Assembly (NCBI GenBank): GCA_038143215.1
Contig: JAYQLP010000001.1
Span: 38,399 to 102,398 of the forward strand
Direction of reading: 5' to 3'
DNA length: 64,000 nucleotides
Source of the DNA: Candidatus Arcticimaribacter sp.
Lineage (GTDB): Bacteria; Bacteroidota; Bacteroidia; Flavobacteriales; Flavobacteriaceae
Of this stretch, positions 1-10,239 are shown piece by piece. Position numbers and translations under genes: made by a program. Under the pieces are notes generated by a model. The model saw only the letters and a program-made list of their open reading frames with translations. It searched no databases and was not told where the DNA came from. Each line of letters begins with the position of its first letter. Within the stretch, counting starts at the first letter, position 1.

Positions 1-614
1 AACCTTCTGCACCTAATTTATCTTTTCCCAACAACAACGAACCCTGTTTGGATAGCAATGTGGTCAACGATAATCAAAGTAGCATTACCTTTCGTTGGAA
101 CCAAGGGAATAACACAGAATCCTATCAATTGGAATTGGAAAACCTTGTAACCAATGCTACCGACCGCTACACCAGTAATACCACTGAACTAACACTTACC
201 CTAGTACATGCTGAACCCTATGCATGGAGTGTTACTGCCATTGGAGAAGCAGGAAGTGATCCTGCGGAAAGTGCTACTTGGAAGTTTTATTTATCGGGAC
301 CTGCCCAAGAGAGCTATGCGCCTTTCCCTTCGGAACTCACTTCTCCCATTTCTGGTTCAACGGTTACACCGATTGGCGGTGTTGTAGAACTTCAATGGAA
401 TTCTAGCGATGCGGATAACGACTTGGCCGCCTATCGTATTTATATGGATACAGAGGATGCAACAACTTTGATTGAGACCATAGATCACCAAGCCAATACC
501 ACCGTACTAGAAACCTCCGTAGAAAATGGTTCAATTTATTTTTGGCGTGTAGTCGCTGTAGATGCAGAAGGAAATGAAAGTGATTCAGGAATTTACTCGT
601 TTAGAACCAATTAA
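1..614 (+). CDS. 5'-truncated beta-rich secreted/lipoprotein with two FN3/SusE-like domains
   Basis: Frame is open from position 3 (PSAPNLSFPNNNEPCLDS...), so the start lies outside the window. Two repeats of W...Y.L...Y.W.V.A...G.ES..W/Y.F, typical of flavobacterial FN3-like lipoproteins. Confidence 0.6.
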   Translation, partial: PSAPNLSFPNNNEPCLDSNVVNDNQSSITFRWNQGNNTESYQLELENLVTNATDRYTSNTTELTLTLVHAEPYAWSVTAIGEAGSDPAESATWKFYLSGPAQESYAPFPSELTSPISGSTVTPIGGVVELQWNSSDADNDLAAYRIYMDTEDATTLIETIDHQANTTVLETSVENGSIYFWRVVAVDAEGNESDSGIYSFRTN

Positions 615-1849
615 TTTATCCATTTCAATTGTCGACCCAATACGGCTAGAAAAACACCCACAAAAATACCCTCTATAAAGCCAAGACTTAAAGTAGCGGT
701 CATTGTTAAGAGTAAAATAACAGCATTGGGCTTGTCGTGAAGAATCATGTTTTTTATTCCTTTAAAATCAAATAAAAAGTAGGCTGAATAAACGATAATA
801 GCTGCAATTACAGATTGAGGTAAATAATAGATCACTTGGGTTAGAAAAAGCATGGTAAAGAGAATCACCAGCGCCGCAACAATACTTGAAAATTGAGACT
901 TTGTCCCTACTTTGTACGATAAAATACTACGGTTAAAACTACCTGCAGAAAGAAGGCCACCAAAAAACGAACCGACCACTTTAGAAACACCTAAAGCCAG
1001 CATATCGCGGTTAGGCTGCCAAGGAGAATGTTGCTCTTTTTCAAGGGATTTGGCCATCACAAAACTTCCCACGGAAGCAATAAAAGCAATGCCAAAAGCA
1101 CTTGGAAAGATTTGCCATTGTTCTTGATAAAATTGAGGTACAATAAATGACGGAAGGCCATTTGGAATTTCACCAATAAGGGCCACTTGCTGTTCTTCCA
1201 AGTTAAACGCAAAAGCAATTACACCTGAAAAAAGCAATAATACGATAGAGGTCGGAAAATTAGGATAAAACAGAACCCCTCCAAAGAGAAGGATTAAACT
1301 CGATAAAAAAAGCAGGAAAGTGATTCCATGGTACTTTGGCAGATGCTGAATAATAAGCATCAAATCGGCAAGCAAACCATCTTGCTTTTCTAGAACAAAA
1401 CCAAATCCCTGAGGAAGTTGAGAAATAATAATGACCAATGCCGCAGCTTGTACAAAACCAGAAACCACACTTTTAGGAAGATAAGCTATGAACTTCCCCA
1501 ATCGAAGACTCCCAAACAAAATTTGTAGTCCTCCAACCATAATCCCAAGCACCATAACTAAATTGATGTATTCGGAAGAAAAAGGAGAAGCTAAATCTTG
1601 TAAAGACATTAATACAAAAATCGATATGACCGAAACTGGACCTACACTCAAGAAAGCAGAAGTGCCTAAAAGAGCATAAATCAATAGGGGGATAAAAGTG
1701 CCGTACAACCCATAAATCGGAGGTAAACCAGCCAATAAAGAAAATGCCATGGCCTGAGGAATAGCAACAATTCCGATGGTGATTCCAGCTAGAATATCAG
1801 ACAAATAAATCTTCTTTAACGCAAAGCTAAACTTTGGAAATTGCTCCAT
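611..1849 (-). CDS. SulP/SLC26 family anion permease, transmembrane domain only (no STAS)
   Basis: DILAGITIGIVAIPQAMAFSLLAGLPPIYGLY, VGPVS, SVVSGF, GEIP.GLP and GSFNRS motifs; ends right after the last TM helix. Confidence 0.85.
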   Translation of the reverse strand: MEQFPKFSFALKKIYLSDILAGITIGIVAIPQAMAFSLLAGLPPIYGLYGTFIPLLIYALLGTSAFLSVGPVSVISIFVLMSLQDLASPFSSEYINLVMVLGIMVGGLQILFGSLRLGKFIAYLPKSVVSGFVQAAALVIIISQLPQGFGFVLEKQDGLLADLMLIIQHLPKYHGITFLLFLSSLILLFGGVLFYPNFPTSIVLLLFSGVIAFAFNLEEQQVALIGEIPNGLPSFIVPQFYQEQWQIFPSAFGIAFIASVGSFVMAKSLEKEQHSPWQPNRDMLALGVSKVVGSFFGGLLSAGSFNRSILSYKVGTKSQFSSIVAALVILFTMLFLTQVIYYLPQSVIAAIIVYSAYFLFDFKGIKNMILHDKPNAVILLLTMTATLSLGFIEGIFVGVFLAVLGRQLKWIN

Positions 1850-1853
1850 CTAA

Positions 1854-1874
1854 CGAAATTACGATTTACATTTG
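1854..1874. promoter_or_regulatory. Back-to-back Bacteroidota -7 elements (sulP: TAATTTCG on -, 1861-1854; trxB side: TACATTTG on +, 1867-1874)
   Basis: Match or near-match to TAnnTTTG in a divergent intergenic region. Confidence 0.45.
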
Positions 1875-2012
1875 AATTTCTACGCTACTCAACAAGCATT
1901 CATAGGTATTAATAGGCTATCCCAATTTGTTAATAAAATCTTTTTTTTGAAATAAAGTTCAATCGGTTTTAAACTTCACTTTTTTGTAGGTTTACACTCT
2001 TAAAATTGAATT

Positions 2013-2951
2013 ATGGAACGTATCAAGTGTTTGATTATTGGGAGTGGCCCAGCAGGATATACGGCAGCAATTTATGCCGCAAGAGCGGATTTGAAACCTG
2101 TTGTTTATACAGGAATGGAGCCTGGTGGACAATTAACGACTACAACTGAGGTAGATAATTTCCCTGGTTACCCTAAAGGAATTGATGGACCCAGTATGAT
2201 GGTTGAGCTTCAACAACAAGCAGAACGTTTTGGCACCGAAGTTAGAATAGGACATGTAACATCTGTTAATTTAAGCAAAGAAGTAGGTGGAATTCACACG
2301 GTTGTTGTGGATGAAAACACCACCATCGAAGCAGAATCAATTATCATTTCTACTGGAGCAAGTGCAAAATACCTTGGTCTTCCAAGCGAACAAAAACTCA
2401 GAGGAGGCGGAGTTTCTGCCTGTGCCGTATGCGATGGTTTTTTCTATAAAGGGCAAGAGGTTGCCATTGTTGGAGCCGGAGACACAGCTGCAGAAGAAGC
2501 AACCTATTTGGCCAACATTTGTACCAAAGTAACCATGTTGGTGCGAAGAGACGTCATGAGAGCTTCAAAAGCCATGCAACACCGCGTAAATAGAACAGAA
2601 AACATCGAAGTCCTTTACAACACAGAAGTCGAAGAAGTTATTGGAGACCAAGTGGTAGAAGGACTCAAAATGATAAACAATCAAACCAAAGAAGTAACAG
2701 AAATTCCAATTACTGGTTTGTTTATCGCTATTGGTCACCCACCCAATACAGCCATTTTTAAAGATCACTTGGATATGGACGAGGCTGGGTATATCATTAC
2801 CAAGGGGAAATCGACAAAACCCAACTATCCTGGTGTGTTTGCTTCTGGAGACGTGCAAGACAAAGAGTATCGTCAGGCAGTTACAGCTGCTGGAACAGGA
2901 TGCATGGCTGCTTTGGATGCAGAGCGCTATTTAGGAAGTTTGGAAGGATAA
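2013..2951 (+). CDS. trxB: Thioredoxin-disulfide reductase
   Basis: GSGPAG FAD motif, CAVC redox centre, GAGDTA NADPH motif, GDVQD..YRQAVTAAG.G. Confidence 0.97.
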   Translation: MERIKCLIIGSGPAGYTAAIYAARADLKPVVYTGMEPGGQLTTTTEVDNFPGYPKGIDGPSMMVELQQQAERFGTEVRIGHVTSVNLSKEVGGIHTVVVDENTTIEAESIIISTGASAKYLGLPSEQKLRGGGVSACAVCDGFFYKGQEVAIVGAGDTAAEEATYLANICTKVTMLVRRDVMRASKAMQHRVNRTENIEVLYNTEVEEVIGDQVVEGLKMINNQTKEVTEIPITGLFIAIGHPPNTAIFKDHLDMDEAGYIITKGKSTKPNYPGVFASGDVQDKEYRQAVTAAGTGCMAALDAERYLGSLEG

Positions 2952-4339
2952 ACGCCGCTGGGGGAACACAATTCAATAAGCGCTTGGGGAAGTAATGGCA
3001 AGGCCACTTCATTTTGAGTTCCTTGCTCCATGTTTTTTACCAAAGCCACCCCTTTTTCTTTTTCACCATCACCGATTAAGACAACAAATGGCGTTTTTTT
3101 CTGATTGGCGTAAGACAACTGTTTTTTGAGTTTTACTTCATCGGGGTAAAACTCGCACCGGATATTTTTCCCTCGAAGTTGAACCATAGTCTGGTGGCAA
3201 TCTAACGCTGAGTTAGCGCCAAAATTTAAGAAGAGAACTTGGGTGTTTTGAACCACTGAAGTAGGAAAAAGCCCCATTTCCTCGAGTACGAGATAAATAC
3301 GGTCAAAACCGAAAGAGATCCCTACCCCACTCATGTTTTTCATCCCAAAACCTGCTGTGAGGTTGTCATAACGACCTCCCCCACCTATGGATCCCATTTT
3401 TATGTTTTCTGGTGGCGCTACTTCAAAAATACATCCGGTATAGTAATTTAGTCCACGCGCTAAAGTAACATCGATTTCCATCTGTATCGACAACCCTCCA
3501 ATGGCTTTGAGTTGTGTGAGTAAAAACCGTAAATCTGCAATTCCCAATTTCCCCATTTCCGAAGGTGATAAAAATGCGTCCAGTTGCTTGAGTGTCTCTT
3601 CTGCATCCCCTTTTTTCAAGTTCAGTAAAGGCCACATTTTTTTAATGGCTTCGGAAGAAAAACCTTTCTCCAACAGCTCCTTCTCCACCCCTTCTTGTCC
3701 AATTTTATCCAGTTTGTCTAAGGCAACGGTAAAATCAATAAGTTGATCTTCTACCCCAATAACCTCCGCAATTCCAGCAAGGATTTTTCGGTGATTGACC
3801 TTTAGCGTGGCCTCTTGCAATCCAAGAGAAGAAAAAACAGCGCTGTATAACTGACACAGTTCAATCTCCTGCCAAAGGGAAGTGCTTCCCACAATATCGG
3901 CATCACACTGATAAAACTCTTGAAAACGACCGTGCTGGGGCCGATCGGCTCTCCAAACCGGTTGTATTTGGTAACGTTTAAATGGAAAAACAAGCTCGTT
4001 TTGGTGTTGCACTACATAACGTGCAAAAGGAACCGTAAGGTCGTAACGCAATGCTTTCTCTGAAAGGGAATTTGAAAAAGCACCCAAACGATTTTGTTCC
4101 AACGCCTTAAAATCAGCCTTTTTCAATTTTTCACCATTCGATAAAATTTTAAAAATCAATCGATCCCCTTCTTCCCCATATTTTCCTAAAAGCGTTTGGG
4201 ATTTCTCAAAAGAAGGTGTTTCAATGGGTTGAAAACCATAACATTCAAAAGCAGCCTGAAGGGCATGTTTTAAATAATTGCGTTTGGCCACTTCTTCTGA
4301 AGAAAAATCACGGGTTCCTTTCGGGAGGGATGGTTTCAT
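2927..4339 (-). CDS. hisS: Histidine--tRNA ligase
   Basis: PKGTRDF, LRYDLTVPFAR, GRFQEFYQCDAD, LARGLNYYTG, GGGRYD; 3' end overlaps trxB by 25 nt. Confidence 0.97.
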   Translation of the reverse strand: MKPSLPKGTRDFSSEEVAKRNYLKHALQAAFECYGFQPIETPSFEKSQTLLGKYGEEGDRLIFKILSNGEKLKKADFKALEQNRLGAFSNSLSEKALRYDLTVPFARYVVQHQNELVFPFKRYQIQPVWRADRPQHGRFQEFYQCDADIVGSTSLWQEIELCQLYSAVFSSLGLQEATLKVNHRKILAGIAEVIGVEDQLIDFTVALDKLDKIGQEGVEKELLEKGFSSEAIKKMWPLLNLKKGDAEETLKQLDAFLSPSEMGKLGIADLRFLLTQLKAIGGLSIQMEIDVTLARGLNYYTGCIFEVAPPENIKMGSIGGGGRYDNLTAGFGMKNMSGVGISFGFDRIYLVLEEMGLFPTSVVQNTQVLFLNFGANSALDCHQTMVQLRGKNIRCEFYPDEVKLKKQLSYANQKKTPFVVLIGDGEKEKGVALVKNMEQGTQNEVALPLLPQALIELCSPSGVYPSKLPK

Positions 4340-4383
4340 AAAAATTGAATATGATTACACAAATATCAAAAAAAATAGAAGGG

Positions 4384-4854
4384 TCAACCAAGAAAATCAG
4401 AGATACTTTTGTAACGCTGCGCTTTGCTTATCGTGGCTCCTCTTAAAATCATGCCGTACAATTCTTCCTTTCTATCGTGGTCGTAGCCTTTTGTGGAACG
4501 ATAAAAGGTAACTTTTTCATCGTGAATATGATGCATGAACCACTTCCAACCTTCAGGGGTGGTTATGTCTTGATTAAAATCCGAAATTTTAACTGCAATC
4601 AAATTTATTGCATCGTCTAAACACTCAAAAATAAAAAAATGATTGGGGCTAAGATGTTCTAAAATAAGGGGCTTGCTCAATACATCTTCCCATACCAAGT
4701 CTGAAAATTGATCCAAATGCTTATCAACCTCATCGCTATCTTCGCGTTTGAGTTGGTCCCATGCTTTTTTATCAAGGGACATGGCAGCAAGGTAAGTAGC
4801 AAATTCAGCACTTAACTCCTCAAATTGTTCTTTGCTTAAACGATGGTATTTCAT
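4384..4854 (-). CDS. Conserved Bacteroidota hypothetical protein (DUF6495-like)
   Basis: MKY.RL.KEQFEEL..EF..YLA N-terminus and FSDLVWE motif. ATG at 4854 preferred, because the longer start lies inside the upstream terminator. Confidence 0.7.
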   Translation of the reverse strand: MKYHRLSKEQFEELSAEFATYLAAMSLDKKAWDQLKREDSDEVDKHLDQFSDLVWEDVLSKPLILEHLSPNHFFIFECLDDAINLIAVKISDFNQDITTPEGWKWFMHHIHDEKVTFYRSTKGYDHDRKEELYGMILRGATISKAQRYKSISDFLG

Positions 4855-4856
4855 AT

Positions 4857-4879
4857 AAAAAAACCCCACTAAGTGGGGC
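4857..4879 (-). terminator. Intrinsic terminator after rplI
   Basis: Minus strand GCCCCAC-TTA-GTGGGGT followed by a T run. Confidence 0.75.
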
Positions 4880-4901
4880 TATTCATTAAACGCTAATTCA
4901 C

Positions 4902-5354
4902 TTAGGCTTTTTCAGGAACAATTTCAAACGGTGCCTGAACAATTACTTCGCGATGCAAACGAATGGTCGCTTCATAATTTCCAAGACGTTTGATGGTGCG
5001 TCCGGGTAAGCTGATGAACTTTTTGTCGATTGCTTGACCTGCTTTTTCAAAAGCATCGGCTACGTCTTGAGATCCTACAGACCCGAAGAGTTTATCGCCT
5101 GAACCTACTTTAGAAGCAATTTTAATTTGAACTTCCAAAAGTGCTTTTGCAATTTTGTTGGCGTCATCAATTAATTTTTGCTCTTTGAAAGCGCGTTGTT
5201 TTAAATTTTCAGCTAAAACCTTTTTAGCAGAACGTGTTGCTAAAACTGCTTTTCCTTGAGGGATTAAAAAGTTACGCCCATAGCCGTTTTTAACAGTTAC
5301 GATGTCATCCTTAAATCCAAGGTTTTGTACATCTTCTTTGAGTATAAGTTCCAT
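4902..5354 (-). CDS. rplI: 50S ribosomal protein L9
   Basis: MELILKEDVQNLG, VKNGYGRNFLIP, KLFGSV, IKRLG. Confidence 0.98.
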   Translation of the reverse strand: MELILKEDVQNLGFKDDIVTVKNGYGRNFLIPQGKAVLATRSAKKVLAENLKQRAFKEQKLIDDANKIAKALLEVQIKIASKVGSGDKLFGSVGSQDVADAFEKAGQAIDKKFISLPGRTIKRLGNYEATIRLHREVIVQAPFEIVPEKA

Positions 5355-5366
5355 GATCTAAGAGTA

Positions 5367-5662
5367 TTATTTTAATAAATCAGCCACATATGGCATTAAT
5401 GCAAGATGACGTGCGCGTTTTACCGCTACAGATACTTTACGCTGATATTTTAGTGAAGTTCCTGTTAAACGACGAGGTAATAATTTTCCTTGCTCGTTCA
5501 CAAAGTTCAATAAGAAATCGGCGTCTTTGTAATCCACGTATTTGATACCTGAACGCTTGAAACGACAATATTTCTTTTTGGTATTGGTATCAATATTAAG
5601 CGGGTTAAATAACGAATTTCCCCCTCTTTTCTTCCTTTCGATTGTTCTTCGATTTTTGACAT
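5367..5662 (-). CDS. rpsR: 30S ribosomal protein S18 (missed by ORF track; apparent 1-bp deletion at 5602-5604)
   Basis: Manual translation: [20 protein letters not shown], then after a frame change [78 protein letters not shown]. Lies between rpsF and rplI; 296 nt, one short of 99 codons. Confidence 0.95.
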
Positions 5663-5667
5663 GTCAA

Positions 5668-6012
5668 TTAGGCTTTAGCGTTGGACTTAATTTTCTTGGC
5701 TCTTTTTTCGGCCCATGCAATGGCATGCTTATCCAGTTTAACGGTAAGGTAACGCATTACACGCTCGTCACGTCGAAATTCGACTTCAAGCGGGTTAATG
5801 GCTTCTCCGTCAACGATGTATTCGAAGAGGTGGTAAAAACCACTTTTCTTGTTTTGAATGGGATAAGCTAATTTCTTTAGCCCCCAGTCCTCTTTGTTAA
5901 CAAACTTTGCTCCTTTATCTGTAAGTAAAGATTCAAATTTGCCAACTGCTTCCTTTATCTGTTCGTCAGATAAAACGGGATTTAAAATGAAAACAGTTTC
6001 GTAATGATTCAT
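5668..6012 (-). CDS. rpsF: 30S ribosomal protein S6
   Basis: [31 protein letters not shown]. Confidence 0.98.
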   Translation of the reverse strand: MNHYETVFILNPVLSDEQIKEAVGKFESLLTDKGAKFVNKEDWGLKKLAYPIQNKKSGFYHLFEYIVDGEAINPLEVEFRRDERVMRYLTVKLDKHAIAWAEKRAKKIKSNAKA

Positions 6013-6032
6013 AAATGATTAAAATTAGGCTG

Positions 6033-6040
6033 CAAAAATA
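6033..6040 (-). promoter_or_regulatory. -7 promoter element of rpsF-rpsR-rplI
   Basis: TATTTTTG followed by CAGCC, 20 nt upstream of the ATG. Confidence 0.7.
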
Positions 6041-6116
6041 ATAGAATTAAAAGCGAAGCCCAAATATTATTCGTTTTTTTTACGCTTATTTGTATATTCG
6101 TAAAAAGTCCCAACCA

Positions 6117-6812
6117 ATGCATTGCTCCTTTATCCTAATCGATGAAAACCCCAATACTGCGAATGTCATCCAAGAACAGCTCAAAACGACGCATCCCCTT
6201 GTTTTGGTTAATTGCTTTACAGAGACAGAAAAAGCCTGCGCGTTTTTAAAAGAAAATACCATCGATTTTGTTCTGATAGATCCTAATTTTACTTCGAGTT
6301 TTAATGAAAATCACTTTGAGCAATTGCTCCTTAATCAAGTGGTTGTTTTTCTTTCTGCGCGAACAAAAGATGCCGTAAAAGCCTTTGACCTAGGGGCATT
6401 CGATTTTTTGGGAAAACCCTTCAATATTGAACGTTTGCTGCTTACTGTTCAGAAACTAGAAGCCCTTCAAGAAAAGGGAGTTCAACATAAAGTTGAATTA
6501 AAAAACTACATTGATGTGAGGTGCAATTTGATGTCGGAACGTTTGTTTCACCATCAAATTCTTTTTATTGAAGCGATGGGAGACTATGTGCGTTTTGTAA
6601 CGGATAAAAAGAAATACGTGGTTTTAATGTCCATGAAAAAAGCAATGGATATACTTCCAGGGCAAAGTTTCTTTAGAACACATAAATCGTTTATAGTGAA
6701 CACCCACAAAATAGATCTCTACAATGGGAAAGAAGTGCATATCGAAAAACATTGCATTCCCATCAGTCGTTTTAAGAAAAAAGAGTTTAAAGAGCGTTTT
6801 GCTGTTCATTAG
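6117..6812 (+). CDS. LytTR-family response regulator
   Basis: Receiver domain (FVLID, AFDLGAFDFLGKP) plus LytTR (IEAMGDYV, FFRTHKSFIVN, IPISR). ATG 6117 lies downstream of TATATTCG at 6093-6100. Confidence 0.85.
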   Translation: MHCSFILIDENPNTANVIQEQLKTTHPLVLVNCFTETEKACAFLKENTIDFVLIDPNFTSSFNENHFEQLLLNQVVVFLSARTKDAVKAFDLGAFDFLGKPFNIERLLLTVQKLEALQEKGVQHKVELKNYIDVRCNLMSERLFHHQILFIEAMGDYVRFVTDKKKYVVLMSMKKAMDILPGQSFFRTHKSFIVNTHKIDLYNGKEVHIEKHCIPISRFKKKEFKERFAVH

Positions 6813-9255
6813 GCTGGGTCAATATCAATATTGACACGTACCGAACGAAAATTCCCAATTGCTTCCATGCTTTTGATTGCACGAGACACATTGGTTTTAA
6901 TTGAACTTCGCCCTTTTTGATTCGGGAATTTAATTAAAATTTGCTTGTGGTATTGATTTCTAATTCGCCCAATTGAGGGATCAACTGGCCCTAATATAGG
7001 AGTGCTAATTTGTCGATGCAATACTCCCCTAGCCATGTAGCTGCTTGGTCGACGGTGGTATAATCTCTTCCCCTTAGCGTTAACCGAATCAATCGATTAT
7101 AAGGCGGGTACTCAAAAGTTTTACGTTCGTGTAATTGTTGGGTATAAAGCGATTGGTAATCATTTTCTTTCACTTGCTTAATTACCGTATGGTCTGGAGA
7201 AAAACTCTGAATCATCACTTTACTTTCTCCCTGGTATCTTCCTGCTCTTCCAGCCACTTGTGTAAGCAGTTGAAAGGCTTTTTCATGCGCTCTAAAATCA
7301 GGAAAAAACAACAGGGCATCGGCATTAATGACCCCCACTAATCCTACGTTTTTAAAATCCAGCCCTTTGGTTATCATTTGTGTTCCCACCAGCACATTTA
7401 CTTCTCCTTGTGCAAAACGATCGATAAGCACATCAAAAGCCCATTTTCCTCGCGTGGTATCCCAGTCCATACGTGCTACCCGTGCCAAATCAAAAAAATC
7501 GTTGACTTGTTCTTCTATTTGTTGTGTTCCCGTGCCTTTAAAATTCAAATTGGGGGTAGAACACACCATACATTGAACCGGTTTTGCAATGGTATACCCG
7601 CAGTAATGACAGCGCAATTGTTGATTGGCTTGGTGGTAGGTCAACGAAACATCGCAATTTGAACACTGAGGAACATGACCGCAACTATGGCACTCTACTA
7701 GTGGGGCATAGCCACGTCGGTTTTGAAACAAAATCACTTGTTGTTCCCTGGCCAAGGTCGCTTCAATTTCGTGATAAAGCGCATGGGAAAACAATCCTTT
7801 CATTTGCTTTTTACGGTGTGCCTCTTTCAAATCGATAGCGATAATTTTCGGAGGAAGGGCTTGGCCAAAGCGCTCCAACAATTGGACATGACCATATTTT
7901 CCTTGCTCTGCATTAAACCGACTCTCTAATGATGGGGTTGCAGAACCTAAAAGCAATTTCGCTTGCATTTGCTGCGCCAGTACAATGGCCGCATCACGCG
8001 CATGATAGCGCGGAGCGGGATCAAATTGTTTATAGGAAGTTTCGTGTTCTTCATCTACAATAATCAAACCCAAATTTTTAAAAGGTAAGAAAAGAGCAGA
8101 TCGAGCGCCAATAATAATCTGCGCTTTGTCAGAATGATGTTGAATATTTTTCCAGACTTCTACCCTTTCGTGCAGGGAAAATTTAGAATGGAAAATAGTT
8201 ACTTTCTCCCCAAATCGAGCTTGCAAACGCTGCACCATTTGTGCGGTTAAAGAGATTTCAGGTAAGAGATAAAGCACTTGTTTTTGCTTTTCAATTTGCT
8301 CTGCAATCAAAGAAAAATAAACTTCGGTTTTTCCCGAAGAGGTCACCCCTTCCAAAAGAACAACCAATTTTTCTTTCCATTGCGATTGGATAGCGTGAAA
8401 TGCCTTTTCTTGGGCTTTAGAAAGTGGTTTTGGGGGCTTTAGAGGAATAGGTGCGAGTAAATTTCTGTCCTCATACTCGTATTTTTCTTCCAAGATTTGT
8501 TTATCACAAAGCGTTCGAATTAAGGCACTAGAGACGTCAATGATTTTTCTAAGTGCGCTTAACTTCATCCAATCATATTCGGGTTGGGCTTGACAAAAAG
8601 CCAACAGAAGTGCGCTTTGCTTGGGTGCCTTTTTCAATTGTTCAAAAAGCAAATTCAGCGCTTTTTCCGTATGAAAATCAGGATGAATTCTCAAATAGCG
8701 TTGTTGCTTAGGAAGGTATTTTTCTCTAAGGCTTTGCAGAATTTGAATGTAATTTTGTGCTGCGAGTTCGTGCACAAGTGGAAGGATTTTTTTTCGCTGA
8801 ACCAACTGCTGAATTTCCTCCAAACGAAGATCTGCTTTCTCCAAAGCTTCCATCACCAAGAAAGCATCATCGGTCAAACCATCCCAATCGGGATCGATGT
8901 CCAGTCGGCGAGCAACAAATGTTTCACTCGCCAATAAAAATGCTCCGGGTAAGGCCGCACGAAGTATACTGCCCAATGCCGCTTGATAATAAGTGCTCAT
9001 CCATTCCCAAAAGGCAAACTGAGCAGGAGAAATAATAGGTAACTCATCGAGAATAACTTCAATGGATTTTGGTGTGTAGGCTTGCGGTGCTGTTCGGTGT
9101 TTTTTATAAACTATTCCAGTATACAATTTATTTTTCCCGAAAGGAACCCCCACACGCTGCCCTATTTGCAGAAACTCAAACTCCTCCTCGCTTACCCAAT
9201 AGGTAAACGCTTTGGGCAATGGCAATGGCAAAACAACATCGATGAAATATTGCAT
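6809..9255 (-). CDS. priA: Primosomal protein N' (apparent 1-bp deletion at 7026-7029 splits the ORF)
   Basis: GVTSSGKT, DEEHE, GSATPS, NRRGY, CxxC pairs, QVAGRAGR. The C-terminal ILGP...I.RIRNQY...IDIDP continues in the adjacent frame. Confidence 0.95.
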
Positions 9256-9259
9256 GGAA

Positions 9260-10171
9260 TTAAGCTGGTTTCGCGTTCTTTTTTAAACGACTAAGGGTGG
9301 CATTCAACTCAAACCCCAATAAAAGCACAATTGAATTAATCCATATATAGAGCATAAAAATGAGTAAGGCCCCTATGGATCCATACAATTGGTTGTAATT
9401 GGAAAAGCGTTCAACATAAAAACCAAACAAGGTGGTACTGATTAAAAATAGGATGAGCGTCATCAAAGCTCCTGGAGAGAAAAAGTGGGTAAGTTTTCCA
9501 TCAACCGTTCCGAAATAATACAATACTGAAATCGAAAAATAGGCCAACAAAACAAAAAACAAATACTGACCCAGCGCGAGAAAATTAAAGCCCTCGGGCA
9601 ACACATCCTGAAAAGTCAGTTTAAAATAAACAAAGGCAATAACGGCAATAAGTAAAAATATTGCCAGAATAACGCTTACTCCAAGTGAATACAGATATTG
9701 CTTAAAAATATTTCTTAGTTCCTTGACATGATAGGAAGTTTCAAAACCCGTAAAAATAGAGTTCACTCCATTGGCCGATAAAAAGATAGAAAGCACAAAA
9801 ACCGAAGACAACAACCCTCCTCTGGGCTTGCTTTGAATGTCCGTGAAAATTGTAGTGAAAAAGGCGTGGGTATCGGTTGGGAGCAAGTTCCTTACAAAAT
9901 CGAGCAATACTGTATCAAAATTTTCAATGGTGAAAAAGCTCGGAACAAAGGGAATAATATTCAAGACAAAAAGCAAAAAGGGAAACAGAGCCATAAAAAA
10001 ACTAAAAGAAATAGCAGCAGCTCTAGAGGTAATTGTTCCATGAAGTATCCCTGTAAAATAAAGTTTAAATAGATCGTAAAAACTAAAACCATTAAACCCA
10101 GGAAGACGAACCAATTGAAGTAATCTTACCCCCTCTTTTAGGATTGGAAATTTTGACCTCTCTTTACCCAT
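9260..10171 (-). CDS. YihY/BrkB family membrane protein
   Basis: AAAISFSFFMALFPFL, PGA, YNQLYGSIGALLIFMLYIW, LLGFELN; TAGATTTG promoter element at 10193-10186. Confidence 0.9.
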   Translation of the reverse strand: MGKERSKFPILKEGVRLLQLVRLPGFNGFSFYDLFKLYFTGILHGTITSRAAAISFSFFMALFPFLLFVLNIIPFVPSFFTIENFDTVLLDFVRNLLPTDTHAFFTTIFTDIQSKPRGGLLSSVFVLSIFLSANGVNSIFTGFETSYHVKELRNIFKQYLYSLGVSVILAIFLLIAVIAFVYFKLTFQDVLPEGFNFLALGQYLFFVLLAYFSISVLYYFGTVDGKLTHFFSPGALMTLILFLISTTLFGFYVERFSNYNQLYGSIGALLIFMLYIWINSIVLLLGFELNATLSRLKKNAKPA

Positions 10172-10239
10172 GTGTGAGTTTTCTTCAAATCTACATTATT
10201 TAGAACGTTTAATCTCAATTTGGATTGTATTTTTGTGCC

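Noticed and set aside
2927-2965. 25-nt hisS/trxB overlap as a functional antisense element
   Set aside because: The hisS tail looks non-conserved and crosses a G5 run that could itself be miscalled. Treated only as part of the general overlap pattern.
5542-5871. 109-aa plus-strand ORF and the many other 60-130 aa overlapping or antisense ORFs in the track
   Set aside because: They are shadows of strongly conserved genes (rpsF/rpsR, priA, carB, purL, giant gene) with no recognisable motifs.
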